58,578 nt of DNA from Vampirovibrio sp. (GTDB lineage: Bacteria; Cyanobacteriota; Vampirovibrionia; Vampirovibrionales; Vampirovibrionaceae), in contig JAJQJM010000002.1 in NCBI GenBank assembly GCA_021323475.1, positions 1 to 58,578 on the forward strand. Direction: 5' to 3'. Numbering within the stretch: the first letter of the stretch is position 1; each line of letters begins with the position of its first letter. The position numbers were made by a program, and so were the translations under genes. The notes below the pieces were generated by a model. It did not search any database, was not told where the DNA came from, and saw nothing but the letters and a program-made list of their open reading frames with translations. Of the stretch, positions 34,810-44,914 are shown in pieces.

Positions 34810-36036
34810 TTAAGAGACGGGCTGCTTTGCAGATACTAAATGCGTGATTTGCAGGCATACGCAGTCAATCACATACCGCACTTCATCGTCCGTCATGGTT
34901 GGGAAAATCGGCAGCATTACGGACGTTTTTGAGACAGTCTCCGTTTGCGGCAAGACAATTCCTTGCTCATAGACCGGCTCTTTATGCATGGGAGGAATAC
35001 CCCGACGGGTGGTAATGCCCTGCTGCTGCAAGGCAAGCATAAATTCATCACGTTGCGTCTGGGTAGCGCCCCGCAACCGAAGGGGATAGGATTGATAATT
35101 CCACCGGGTCACATATGTAGGTGGCTGGATGATGGAAAGTTCCTCGATCTGCCCGAATGCCTGGTTATACGCATCGGCAATCTGGTTACGCCGCACGATA
35201 AATGATTCCAGATGCTCCATTTGCCGGATGCCTATGGCCGCCTGCATATCCGTCAGACGATAGTTATAGCCCACCACATCATAACGCTCATATGTGGTTG
35301 CAGCCGATTGATGCCGTACGAAGTCGGAAATGGACATGCCATGAGCCCGCAGCACTCTGGCTTTCTCGGCCAAGGTTTCATCGTTTGTAAGCAGCATGCC
35401 GCCTTCGCCGGTGGTAATCACCTTACGGGGGTGGAAGCTCAATGAATTGGTAAAGCCGGAACTGCCCAAGGGATTATTCTTATATGTGGAGCCCAGCCCG
35501 CAGGCGTTATCCTCCATCAAAGTCAGGTGATAGCGCTTTGCCAATGCCGCAAACGTGTCAATATCCGCCGGAATGCCCAATTGATGCACCAGCAAAATGC
35601 CTTTCAACTTGCGGCCTGTCTTCCGGTTAACACCCTCAGACGTGTACCTTTCCTGAATACAGGCTTCCGCCGCTTGCGGATCCATATTCAGGGTATTGGG
35701 ATCAATATCTACAAAGCAAGGCTCCGCTCCGGAATGTCGAATCGCATTCGCCGTTGCGATAAAGCTGTAAGACGGGCACAGAACCTCATCCCCCGCCCCA
35801 ATGCCATGAATGAGCATAGAAATGTGCAAGGCGCTGGTGCAGGAATTGACGGCCACCCCATAACGGGCCTGCGTGTACTCGCACACCGCCTGTTCAAAAC
35901 GCTGGGTCAACGGCCCCATGGATACCCAACCGGACTGCAGGGACTGGGCAATCAGCTCTGTTTCATCCCCGATCAGGGTTGGTTTGGCAATAGGGATGTT
36001 AAATTGTTTTTTTGCTGTTTCCATTCTTGTGTCCAT
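34810..36036 (-). CDS. DegT/DnrJ/EryC1-family PLP sugar aminotransferase
   Basis: The N-terminus reads IPIAKPTLIGDE, and the SFHPRKVITTGEGGML lysine motif is present. Confidence 0.85.
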   Translation of the reverse strand: MDTRMETAKKQFNIPIAKPTLIGDETELIAQSLQSGWVSMGPLTQRFEQAVCEYTQARYGVAVNSCTSALHISMLIHGIGAGDEVLCPSYSFIATANAIRHSGAEPCFVDIDPNTLNMDPQAAEACIQERYTSEGVNRKTGRKLKGILLVHQLGIPADIDTFAALAKRYHLTLMEDNACGLGSTYKNNPLGSSGFTNSLSFHPRKVITTGEGGMLLTNDETLAEKARVLRAHGMSISDFVRHQSAATTYERYDVVGYNYRLTDMQAAIGIRQMEHLESFIVRRNQIADAYNQAFGQIEELSIIQPPTYVTRWNYQSYPLRLRGATQTQRDEFMLALQQQGITTRRGIPPMHKEPVYEQGIVLPQTETVSKTSVMLPIFPTMTDDEVRYVIDCVCLQITHLVSAKQPVS

Positions 36037-36494
36037 TGCTCAATATCATCCTCAATCGTTCTGATTACCCGCCCTGGAACCCCTACCACCATTGAATAAG
36101 GTGGGATTACGGTATCCTCTAGCACCACGGCGCCCGCACCGATAATGCTATGGTGTCCGATACGGCAACCCATCATCACTACCGCATTCTCGCCGATAAA
36201 CACATGATCTTCCACCACGGTTGGCTTTTGATCAACTTGTCCGTAAGCGCGCTCCGTTACGCAGCGTTTCACCGTGGAGTGCGTCAGAATCGCGGCACCG
36301 CAACTGATGTCGCAACCCTTACCGATACTAAGCCCACCCTGCCCGTCAATCAGTACAAACGCACCAATCCAAGTATTCTCTCCAATTTCCGGCTCGCCAG
36401 TAATCCAGCAATGCGCATTATACTTATTAGCCGGAATATGGTGGGTTTGTCCGTCCGGAAAGTTAGCGGGTGGCTGTTGCAGGTACTTGGGCAT
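35973..36494 (-). CDS. left-handed beta-helix (hexapeptide) sugar N-acetyltransferase
   Basis: Hexapeptide repeats are visible (IGENTWIGAFVLIDG.., IGENAVVMMGCRIG.., IGAGAVVLEDTVIPP). I placed the start at ATG 36494. The ORF is open to 36605. Confidence 0.75.
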   Translation of the reverse strand: MPKYLQQPPANFPDGQTHHIPANKYNAHCWITGEPEIGENTWIGAFVLIDGQGGLSIGKGCDISCGAAILTHSTVKRCVTERAYGQVDQKPTVVEDHVFIGENAVVMMGCRIGHHSIIGAGAVVLEDTVIPPYSMVVGVPGRVIRTIEDDIEQWTQEWKQQKNNLTSLLPNQP

Positions 36495-37515
36495 CGGCTT
36501 GTTGTTCCAATTTCCAGTTATGGGTCTGGCATTCAGCCAATAATGCTTTCGGATCGGGATAGTGCTTGAGGAACCAATCAATGTATAACTTGAGCCCTTC
36601 CTCAATCGGGATGGACGGTTTATAGCCGGTGGCTTCCTGCAGACGGGTCACGTTCGCAAAATGACGACGCACATCGCCCGGACGCTCGGGCTCCCAGATA
36701 ATGCCAAGCTCTTCCTTGCCCAGCAGTTTTAGAAGCAGCTTGGCAATTTGGGCAATGGTCACTTCCTGGCCGTAAGCCAAGTTGACCGCTTGCCCCATGA
36801 AGGCATCACATTGCCCGGCACGAATCAGAGATTCTACGGTATCGGTCACAAACGTAAAATCACGAGTGGCGGAACCATCCCCGAAAACAATGGGAGGCAG
36901 GTTGTTTAAAATACGAATCACAAAGCGCGGAATTACCTCACCGCTGGCACCTTCATAATGCTCACGGTAGCCATAGGTATTAAACGGGCGCAGTATCATA
37001 GCGGGCATGCCATACGTCAAATAATAGGCTCTGGTATAAAGCTCCCCAGCCAGTTTACTGGCGCCATAAACAGTTGTTGGCTCTACAGGATGAGTGTCCT
37101 CGTTCATAGGCACCACTTTGGCGGTACCGTATGCCTCCGAGGACGAGCAGTAAATAAAACGCTCCAGCCTCGGATTCATCAACCGGGCTGCCTCTAACAG
37201 ATTTAAAGTGCCGGTCGCGTTGACTTCATGCACATAATGGGGCTTATCAAAACAGACCCGTAGGCATTGCACCGCTAGGTGATAGATTACATCTACATCT
37301 TTCACCAGAGACTTCACCAGCTCATAATCCATAATGGAGCCTTCCACCAAGGTCAAGCGCCCACTAGCTTTAGCGTCGGCCAGGTTATCCGGCTTTCCAG
37401 TCGAAAAGTCGTCCAGCACCACCACCTGATTTTCTTTTATCAGGGCGTCCACTAGGTTACTGCCGATAAAACCGGCTCCACCCGTTACCAGAATTCGTTT
37501 GTTTTTGAGTTCCAT
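36463..37515 (-). CDS. extended-SDR NAD-dependent sugar epimerase/dehydratase
   Basis: VTGGAGFIGSNL and the catalytic YGASKLAGE are present. I placed the start at ATG 37515 (MELKNKRILVTGG). The ORF is open to 37638. Confidence 0.85.
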   Translation of the reverse strand: MELKNKRILVTGGAGFIGSNLVDALIKENQVVVLDDFSTGKPDNLADAKASGRLTLVEGSIMDYELVKSLVKDVDVIYHLAVQCLRVCFDKPHYVHEVNATGTLNLLEAARLMNPRLERFIYCSSSEAYGTAKVVPMNEDTHPVEPTTVYGASKLAGELYTRAYYLTYGMPAMILRPFNTYGYREHYEGASGEVIPRFVIRILNNLPPIVFGDGSATRDFTFVTDTVESLIRAGQCDAFMGQAVNLAYGQEVTIAQIAKLLLKLLGKEELGIIWEPERPGDVRRHFANVTRLQEATGYKPSIPIEEGLKLYIDWFLKHYPDPKALLAECQTHNWKLEQQADAQVPATATR

Positions 37516-37579
37516 AACAGCCTGCTGTCCTTGTTTTAATGGCGTAAAACTAATTTCGTGGGATGCATCATGACCCGTG

Positions 37580-38083
37580 TCAGCCCAGTGAAGCGACTTC
37601 AGCTTTTTTAACCACTCGGGCCGGGTTGCCTGCCACAACCGCCCCTGCCGGAACGTCCCTGGTCACAACGGCACCCGCGCCAATCAAGGCATTTTCGCCC
37701 ACGGTTACATTGCAGAGAATAACCGCGCCGGAGCCAATGGAAGCGCCCCGTTTAATAACCGTTGGATGAACCGCCCAGTCGGCTTCGGTTTGCAGTCCAC
37801 CCTCCGGGTTGGTGGCACGTGGAAACGGATCGTTGATAAAGACGACCCCATGACCCACGAACACGTTATCCTCAATCATCACGCCCTCGCAAATAAAGGT
37901 GTGGCTTGAAATTTTACAGTGATTACCGATGCTGGCGTTTTTCTGGATTTCAACAAACGTACCAATCTTAGAATGGTTGCCAATCGCGCAGCCATAAAGG
38001 TTCACAAAATCAAAGATCTTGGTGCCCTCGCCCACAACCACATCCGAGGCGATTTTTTGCAAGGAGCCAGCATTATAAGCCAT
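37580..38083 (-). CDS. wbpD: UDP-2-acetamido-3-amino-2,3-dideoxy-glucuronate N-acetyltransferase-like (LbH)
   Basis: The hexapeptide-repeat protein matches the ~170-190 aa WbpD/WlbB type. Its start forms a TAATG overlap with the upstream oxidoreductase gene. Confidence 0.65.
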   Translation of the reverse strand: MAYNAGSLQKIASDVVVGEGTKIFDFVNLYGCAIGNHSKIGTFVEIQKNASIGNHCKISSHTFICEGVMIEDNVFVGHGVVFINDPFPRATNPEGGLQTEADWAVHPTVIKRGASIGSGAVILCNVTVGENALIGAGAVVTRDVPAGAVVAGNPARVVKKAEVASLG

Positions 38084-39150
38084 TACACCACTCCTACCGA
38101 GTTAATTACAATCGTCTTTCCGGTACGCATAGACTCATTTGCGGCTTCCAGGATCTGCACAACCCTTAAGCCAGCTTGCCCATCGGTAATGGGGCGCTGT
38201 TTATTGAGAACACAGTCCACAAAATGGCCGATCTCGATCTTCAGGGCTTCCGTCAAATCCAGATTCGGAGCCATCATATCGCCCACTCGGTAGCCGACCA
38301 GATTGGCGTACCGCTGCTCATCACTCTCCGGCTCACCGACGGTAATGCCTTTATCGTAAATACGCAGCTTTTCCATAGATTCCAAATCATCATAGACAAT
38401 CATGCGGCTTTTACCGCCCACCAGAATCTGGCGCACCTTGACCGGCGACAACCAGCTCACGTGGAAGTGAGCAATCAGGTCATTCTCAAAGGTCACGGTA
38501 ATATAGGCAATGTCTTCCAAGCCGTTCCCGGCATGGCAACTGCCCGTTGCGTGAATGGTGCGCGGCGCCTTCCCCACGATGTAATCCATGATGGACAGAT
38601 CGTGAGGCGCCAGGTCCCAGACCACATTAATATCACTCTGAAACAGGCCCAGGTTAATGCGAACAGAGTCGAAATACAGCAGCTCGCCCAGCGCGCCGCT
38701 GTCCACCTCCTGCTTAATCCGGCGGACCGCCCCATGAAATACAAAGGTATGATCGACCATCAGTATAAGCTTGCGCTCCTCCGCTAATGCAATCAGTTCC
38801 ATACACTCTTTTGAGTTCATGGCCATGGGCTTTTCCACCAGCACATGCTTGCCGGCTTCCAATGCCTGTTTTGCCAGAGGGAAATGTGTATGTACCGGCG
38901 TAGCAATGGCAATCGCATCAATGCCCGAATGATTCAGCAAATCCTGATAGGCATCCGTTGTTAACACGTTTGGATACCGTTTAGCGATTTTCGACAGCTT
39001 TTTAGGGTCCAGATCGCAAACCGCAACCAGCTCCGCCTGATCGTTTTCATAAAAATTCCGGATCAGATTGGGGCCCCAGTAGCCGCAGCCTACCACAGCC
39101 ACTGCAAGCGACCGCTGATTTGCAGAGTGACCTGCCTGCTGTGTATTCAT
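38083..39150 (-). CDS. wbpB: Gfo/Idh/MocA-family UDP-GlcNAcA 3-dehydrogenase-like oxidoreductase
   Basis: The Rossmann motif VVGCGYWGPNLIRNF is present and the gene sits beside wbpD and wbpE. I placed the start at ATG 39150 (AAGGG 8 nt upstream). The ORF is open to GTG 39210. Confidence 0.7.
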   Translation of the reverse strand: MNTQQAGHSANQRSLAVAVVGCGYWGPNLIRNFYENDQAELVAVCDLDPKKLSKIAKRYPNVLTTDAYQDLLNHSGIDAIAIATPVHTHFPLAKQALEAGKHVLVEKPMAMNSKECMELIALAEERKLILMVDHTFVFHGAVRRIKQEVDSGALGELLYFDSVRINLGLFQSDINVVWDLAPHDLSIMDYIVGKAPRTIHATGSCHAGNGLEDIAYITVTFENDLIAHFHVSWLSPVKVRQILVGGKSRMIVYDDLESMEKLRIYDKGITVGEPESDEQRYANLVGYRVGDMMAPNLDLTEALKIEIGHFVDCVLNKQRPITDGQAGLRVVQILEAANESMRTGKTIVINSVGVV

Positions 39151-39358
39151 GTGTTGAGCCCTTACGTTAAACCCTAATACCGGCATTTCGCCTAATGATG
39201 ACATAACCACCTTGCATAGACAAGCAAAGCAGTAACCATACAGGCAGACTGCCGAATGAATGGCGCTTACGAAACGCAGACCTATTTTTATTGATTCCAG
39301 CCCGTTACCTTTGCGGTAAGATGGACTGTTACCAAGTCAAGATGAGGAGCCGCACCGC

Positions 39359-40483
39359 ATGACCGTAAAGGCCGTGATTCCACTTGTTAACCTTCGTCGG
39401 CAACTAGACCGGCACTATGATGAGTTTGCGGAGTGCTACAGGACACTGGCCGAAAAGACCGACTTCGTTGGTGGTGCTGCCGTATCGGAATTTGAGGCGG
39501 CTTTTGCGGAATACAGCCATGTCGAGCATTGCATCGGGGTCGGTAATGGTACGGATGCGCTCTATCTGATTTTTCGGGCATTGGACTTAAAGCCGGGCAA
39601 TGAAGTCATCGTTCCCGCCATGAGCTTTATCGCCACCGCTGAAATTTTGCCTCCGTTGGGGGTGAAGGTGGTGTTTGCCGACATTGATCCTGACACCTAC
39701 ACATTGTCTCCTGAAAAGGTTCACCCCTTAATTACGAAGGCAACCAAGGCCATCCTACCGGTACACCTGTACGGGCAGCCTGCTGATATGGCTCAACTCC
39801 AAACGCTGGCGGATGAGCACGGCTTGTTACTGATTGAAGACGCTGCCCAGGCTCATGGCGCCGCATTTGAGGGCAAACGGGTCGGGTCTATGGGAAAAGC
39901 GGCTGGCTTTAGCTTTTACCCCGGCAAAAACCTGGGCGCCTTTGGTGACGGCGGAGCCATTACCACCAATGACACCGAGTTGGCGGATAAAATCCGCATG
40001 CTGGCCAATCATGGTCGCTTAACCAAGTATGAACATGCCATGCCCGGTATAAATAGCCGTCTGGACACATTCCAGGCCCAGATTCTTTCCGTCAAACTCA
40101 AATATCTGGACGAGTGGAACAATCAACGTCGTCATTGGGCCAATCAATTCAACGAGCTACTGGCTGATATTCCTGAAATTACCTTGCCTCACGTGGCTAA
40201 CAACCGTACCCATGTATACCACCTGTACGTCATTCAAACCCCGTACCGGGATGAGCTGCTGACCTTCCTGCACGAACAGGGGATTTATGCCGGTATTCAC
40301 TACCCAATTCCCTTACACTTACAGCCGGCTTTTCAAACGTTAGGCTATCAGGAAGGCAACTTTCCGGTTTCCGAAAAGTTAGGAAATGAATGCCTGTCGT
40401 TGCCGCTATTTCCAGAAATGACCCAGGCGGAATTTGAAGCCATAGTGCATTCTGTAAGACAGTTCTTTCAGAATCGCAGGTAG
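39359..40483 (+). CDS. wbpE: DegT-family aminotransferase (UDP-2-acetamido-2-deoxy-3-oxo-glucuronate aminotransferase-like)
   Basis: The [17 protein letters not shown] motif is present. GAGGAG RBS lies upstream. The gene is divergent from wbpB. Confidence 0.7.
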   Translation: MTVKAVIPLVNLRRQLDRHYDEFAECYRTLAEKTDFVGGAAVSEFEAAFAEYSHVEHCIGVGNGTDALYLIFRALDLKPGNEVIVPAMSFIATAEILPPLGVKVVFADIDPDTYTLSPEKVHPLITKATKAILPVHLYGQPADMAQLQTLADEHGLLLIEDAAQAHGAAFEGKRVGSMGKAAGFSFYPGKNLGAFGDGGAITTNDTELADKIRMLANHGRLTKYEHAMPGINSRLDTFQAQILSVKLKYLDEWNNQRRHWANQFNELLADIPEITLPHVANNRTHVYHLYVIQTPYRDELLTFLHEQGIYAGIHYPIPLHLQPAFQTLGYQEGNFPVSEKLGNECLSLPLFPEMTQAEFEAIVHSVRQFFQNRR

Positions 40484-40663
40484 TAAGGCCCACATCTCTC
40501 GACGCCAACATAGACGTCCCGGCAGGGTGTGACTTTTGCTGAAAGCAACAGACAGACTTCCAAAGTTGCCCAAAACAAGACTTATTTCAGGTCAACCTTT
40601 TATTTTGCGGTGATCCGTTTTACTCTATAGTAGTTATTTGCCTCCCCAAAAAGAGTGAGTTCC

Positions 40664-42013
40664 ATGACCCGCGTCCAGCCCCCCAGTGTTGCAATCAGCC
40701 CGAAAAGTACCGTCCTGGAAAAACTTGAAGCCGCAGAAGCCCAGGTTGGCATCATCGGCTTGGGTTATGTTGGCCTGCCTTTGGCATTAACCATGCGGGA
40801 AGCAGGATTTCCCGTCATCGGCTTTGATGTAAACGCTGAGCGGGTTCAAAAGCTGAATGCCGGCCACAGTTATGTGGATGATATCTCGGATAATGAGCTT
40901 CAAGCAGGCATCCAATCTGGAAAACTCAAGGCCACCACTGACTTTTCGCTACTAGCGGAGATGGACGTCGTCATTATCGCAGTACCTACCCCCATTACCC
41001 GAAACCGGGTCCCTGATATCTCCTACATTGAAAAAGCGGCGGCAGCCGTGGCGAAACATCTGAAGCCGGGGCAGTTGGTGGTACTGGAAAGCACCACTTA
41101 CCCTGGTACGACAGAGGAAGTCCTGTTACCGGTTTTGAAAGAATCCGGCCTGACCGAAGGCGAGGACTTCTTCCTGGCCTACTCGCCGGAGCGTGTGGAT
41201 CCGGGGAACGAAAAATTCCATACCCGCAATACGCCCAAAATTGTGGGAGGCCTGACGCCAAATTGCCAAAAAATGGCTGTAGCACTGTATCAAAAGGCTA
41301 TTACCACGGTGGTGCCCGTCAGCTCGGTGCGGGTGGCGGAAATGGTAAAAGTGTTTGAGAACACATTCCGCGCGGTTAATATCGGACTGGTCAATGAACT
41401 CGCCCTGGTATGCGACAAACTGCAGATGAATGTGTGGGAAGTGATTGATGCCGCCGCCACCAAGCCATTCGGCATGATGAAATTCACACCGGGACCAGGC
41501 ATTGGCGGGCATTGCATTCCGGTGGATCCGTTTTACCTGACCTGGAAGGTCAAAGAGCTGGGTTTTCAGACCCGCTTCATTGAGTTGGCTGGCGAAATTA
41601 ATACCACCATGCCCCACTTTGTGCGGGAGAAAGTCCTGCGGGCGCTGGGCGAATCTTTCAAATCCATTAATGGCAGCACCATCCTCATCATTGGGGTGGC
41701 TTATAAGCCCAATGTAACGGATTGGCGGGAGTCACCGGCCCAACATGTCATTGATATCCTGTCCCAGGACGGCGCTTTAATTCAATACCACGACCCTTAC
41801 GTGGATACCATTGAGGATCGGGGCGGTCGAGTGTATTACAACTCTTCTTTAAGCGATGCGCTTCTCTCAGAAGTAGATTGTGTGCTGATTTTAACCAATC
41901 ATAGTAATATCGACTTCAACCAAATCGCGCAGCATGCCAAAGTAGTCGTGGATACACGCAATGTGGTTCGGGAGATTGACCCCAAATACCACGACAAAAT
42001 CCGTCTGCTTTAG
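40664..42013 (+). CDS. wbpA: UDP-N-acetyl-D-glucosamine 6-dehydrogenase-like nucleotide-sugar dehydrogenase
   Basis: IIGLGYVGLPLAL and GHSYVDDI are present, and the protein has the UDPG/MGDP dehydrogenase architecture. I placed the start at ATG 40664. The ORF is open from GTG 40655. Confidence 0.75.
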   Translation: MTRVQPPSVAISPKSTVLEKLEAAEAQVGIIGLGYVGLPLALTMREAGFPVIGFDVNAERVQKLNAGHSYVDDISDNELQAGIQSGKLKATTDFSLLAEMDVVIIAVPTPITRNRVPDISYIEKAAAAVAKHLKPGQLVVLESTTYPGTTEEVLLPVLKESGLTEGEDFFLAYSPERVDPGNEKFHTRNTPKIVGGLTPNCQKMAVALYQKAITTVVPVSSVRVAEMVKVFENTFRAVNIGLVNELALVCDKLQMNVWEVIDAAATKPFGMMKFTPGPGIGGHCIPVDPFYLTWKVKELGFQTRFIELAGEINTTMPHFVREKVLRALGESFKSINGSTILIIGVAYKPNVTDWRESPAQHVIDILSQDGALIQYHDPYVDTIEDRGGRVYYNSSLSDALLSEVDCVLILTNHSNIDFNQIAQHAKVVVDTRNVVREIDPKYHDKIRLL

Positions 42014-42018
42014 AGTTT

Positions 42019-43437
42019 ATGACGCTTACCAACCCAGATCTCAGCACCCAAACAAAACGCAGCCTTTTCTGGAGTGGGGGAAGCTATGCCATAACGGCTC
42101 TTCTGAACTTCGGAACCCTGTTTGTTCTCGTCAAATTGCTCTCCCCTGCGGATATGGCCATGATTTTTATTGCGGTCATCTTTCAGGATTTAGCCATGTT
42201 GTTTGTGGATAACGGCATGGGCAGCTATGTAGTCCAGCAGGAAACTCTGACACACCGGGAGCGTTCCAGCCTGTTTTATCAAGGGCTCTTGCTTGGAGTT
42301 GGGCTCGCAGCAGCCTTATACTTTGCTTCATCTTTGCTGGCATTGTTTTTTAACTCACCGGCATTAAGCCCCACTCTGAAAATTACCGCCTTCAGCCTTG
42401 TACCGATTGCCCTCGCCTTTCCTCAAAAAGGCTTACTGCAAAAGCAAATGCACTTTCGAGCCATTGCCACCGCTGAATTCATCGGCATGCTCACGGCCTC
42501 CGCTGTCACCATTGGCCTTGCCGTAGCAGGTTATGGCTTTGTAAGCTACTTATACGGTTTCCTATCCCGCAAAGCATTGGAGCTTCTAATGCTATGGGGC
42601 AAAGAGCCTTGGATTCCCCAAATATGCATTGTACCGGAGCAGGTGGTTAAGCTGTTCCGGTTTAGCGCTTATGCAGCTGGCGGCGTATTATCCGCTTACG
42701 CAGTCAGGCTGGTGGATACTGCCATTGTAGGGCGCATATTGGGCGTTCAAACTCTGGGCTTATACTCCCTGGCTAACAATCTGGTATTTTTTCCGGTCAA
42801 TAAATGTGTTAGCACATTCAGCCGGGTATTTATCGCCACCTTCAGCCAATTAAAACACAATGAATCAGCATTAAAGGATTCATTCTACAAAGCATTCAAA
42901 AATCTTGCTGGTCTATTGGTACCTGCATTGCTTGGCCTGGCAATCTTTATCCCGGATCTTATGGCCGCTTTCTTCAAGCCTGCCTGGTTTTCTACGGCGC
43001 AATTGGTGCAAATTATGGTACTGAACGGACTGCTCATTATGTTTCTGCGACTAAGCGAGCCTTTGTTACTTGGCTTGGGCAAAGCCCGCCCTGTGTTCAT
43101 CATAAACGGCATCAATATTTTGCTGACATCTGTCCTGCTACTTGGCTTGACGCCTTATGGAGCCCAATTCGCGGCCTGGGCGGTAGTGCTGGGCACCGTA
43201 CCCTCGGTATGGCTGATGAGTCAAGCGTTGCGGGAGTTAATGGGATTTTCCTGGAAAACTGCATTGCGCAATACGCAACCCATTATAACGGCCTCTATAG
43301 TTAGCCTGTTAAGCACTATCAGCCTCAAAATTGCCTTACATAGCTGCCTGAGCCCGATGTTCACCCTACTCCTACTAGGCCCGCTCTTTCTGGGACTGTA
43401 TTTTATTTTATGGAAAACAGTGAAAGCCAGAGCTTAG
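42019..43437 (+). CDS. wzx: MOP-superfamily polysaccharide flippase
   Basis: The 472-aa protein has ~12-14 TM helices and a Wzx-like N-terminus. Confidence 0.75.
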   Translation: MTLTNPDLSTQTKRSLFWSGGSYAITALLNFGTLFVLVKLLSPADMAMIFIAVIFQDLAMLFVDNGMGSYVVQQETLTHRERSSLFYQGLLLGVGLAAALYFASSLLALFFNSPALSPTLKITAFSLVPIALAFPQKGLLQKQMHFRAIATAEFIGMLTASAVTIGLAVAGYGFVSYLYGFLSRKALELLMLWGKEPWIPQICIVPEQVVKLFRFSAYAAGGVLSAYAVRLVDTAIVGRILGVQTLGLYSLANNLVFFPVNKCVSTFSRVFIATFSQLKHNESALKDSFYKAFKNLAGLLVPALLGLAIFIPDLMAAFFKPAWFSTAQLVQIMVLNGLLIMFLRLSEPLLLGLGKARPVFIINGINILLTSVLLLGLTPYGAQFAAWAVVLGTVPSVWLMSQALRELMGFSWKTALRNTQPIITASIVSLLSTISLKIALHSCLSPMFTLLLLGPLFLGLYFILWKTVKARA

Positions 43438-43620
43438 TCAGGCTTTCAGCTCACTAATATCGAAAAAGCGGGATGAGGCCACATAAGGAGACTTCGCCGC
43501 TTGTTTTTTGATGAGAATAAAAACCAGCGCTTTACGGATCAATCTGGAAAAAAGCGGAAAACGCCCGAACGTCATCATATAAAGCCGGAGTATGACCAGT
43601 TTTAAGGGCGTCATCAACAT
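43438..43620 (-). CDS. small basic hydrophobic protein (60 aa), uncertain
   Basis: Its ATG overlaps the stop of the upstream gene (ATGTTGATGA-type coupling). I recognise no domain. Confidence 0.3.
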   Translation of the reverse strand: MLMTPLKLVILRLYMMTFGRFPLFSRLIRKALVFILIKKQAAKSPYVASSRFFDISELKA

Positions 43621-44582
43621 GTCGTCGTTTGCTCCAACATTTGCACCGTTAACAGATAATCGGTGGCCAAGGCAATGCAGTAACGGTCATCCATCCACTG
43701 AGGGTTAATGACCACATCCTGTTCCAAACCATTCTGTAATCGATTCAGGATTTGAGGCGCAAACGCCGCCAAGCCGGACGGATATAAATACTGGGTTCGC
43801 CGGCTGGTTTGGCTTGCATCGTAGCGACCATCCTCACCAATTCGAGGTTCAAGGAAACTGGCAGCGCGCTGACAAGCGGCCATAATATCGCCATCGTTGG
43901 TTTTCTCAACATATAACGCCAACAATCCCAGCGAAATCGTCAGATAGCCGATATCCATGCCGCCGTACTCGGGAAAATATCCGGTGGGATGCTGGGCTTG
44001 CAGAATCAAATCCTTCCGTTTAGCCGCTGCGCATAGAAATTTCTTGTCCCCTGTCAGGGTTGCCAGGTTGTGCAAGGCAACTAACGAGGCTGCCTCCTGG
44101 TTAAACACGGTGGGGTTGTTATTAGCCGCTAACCATTTGCCGGTTTTCGTCAGGGCACCCATATCGGCAGTCAGCTTACCGTCCAGTAACAGCAAGCTTT
44201 CCGTAACGGACAAGGTGGAAAACGAGGTGGCACAGAAACTACGCTCAAACGGATACACCTCATTCACACTGCCGTCGCCATTCCGGTGCTTCAACCAGAA
44301 GTCGAGCATGCCTTGAATCCAAGTCACCAACCGGGGATTTTGATAAAACCGACCATTCTCGCCCTTAAAGGGATACTTATAGAGCAGAGCTAAATACCAG
44401 CACACTTCCTGCAAGCGGGCATTGGGCAAATCCAGCAATCGGTAATGCCAATAGTTGCGGTCGCAGCAGCCAAACGTTCTGGAAGCGGGCTCCCGGTCGC
44501 ACAAGCCCAAAATCCGTGGAGCCTGTAATAAGGCTAAGTGGCTGAAAACAGAGAATCCCGTCTTAACTGAATGAGTCGACAT
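43614..44582 (-). CDS. hypothetical protein of the glycan locus
   Basis: The long ORF shows coding-like composition. It contains a conserved-looking segment GCCDRNYWHY. I placed the start at ATG 44582. The ORF is open to 44729. Confidence 0.55.
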   Translation of the reverse strand: MSTHSVKTGFSVFSHLALLQAPRILGLCDREPASRTFGCCDRNYWHYRLLDLPNARLQEVCWYLALLYKYPFKGENGRFYQNPRLVTWIQGMLDFWLKHRNGDGSVNEVYPFERSFCATSFSTLSVTESLLLLDGKLTADMGALTKTGKWLAANNNPTVFNQEAASLVALHNLATLTGDKKFLCAAAKRKDLILQAQHPTGYFPEYGGMDIGYLTISLGLLALYVEKTNDGDIMAACQRAASFLEPRIGEDGRYDASQTSRRTQYLYPSGLAAFAPQILNRLQNGLEQDVVINPQWMDDRYCIALATDYLLTVQMLEQTTTC

Positions 44583-44914
44583 GATGCGTTTAAGCTCTAT
44601 TCCAATCAGGGGCCAAGAATCACCCCCACCGGAGAAGCATAACAAATAGCTGCTTATGAAAACAGCCTCTAGAGACTTTTTTACCTGAACAGTTTTGAAA
44701 TTACACAGAACTCCTTTAAAATTCCACATTGACTTACCGTATAATTATTTGAGCAATCCTAAAGCCTCAGCGTTTTTATAAGAGTCTCTAATCAGCTACT
44801 CAGCATTACGTTAACCGAATATAAAGATTTCTCGACAGGCATTCCATTCCACCCTGTCTTCGGTAGAATAATAAGCTACGTAAGCGTGGTACCTCAGCTT
44901 CAAAAGGAGTGTTC

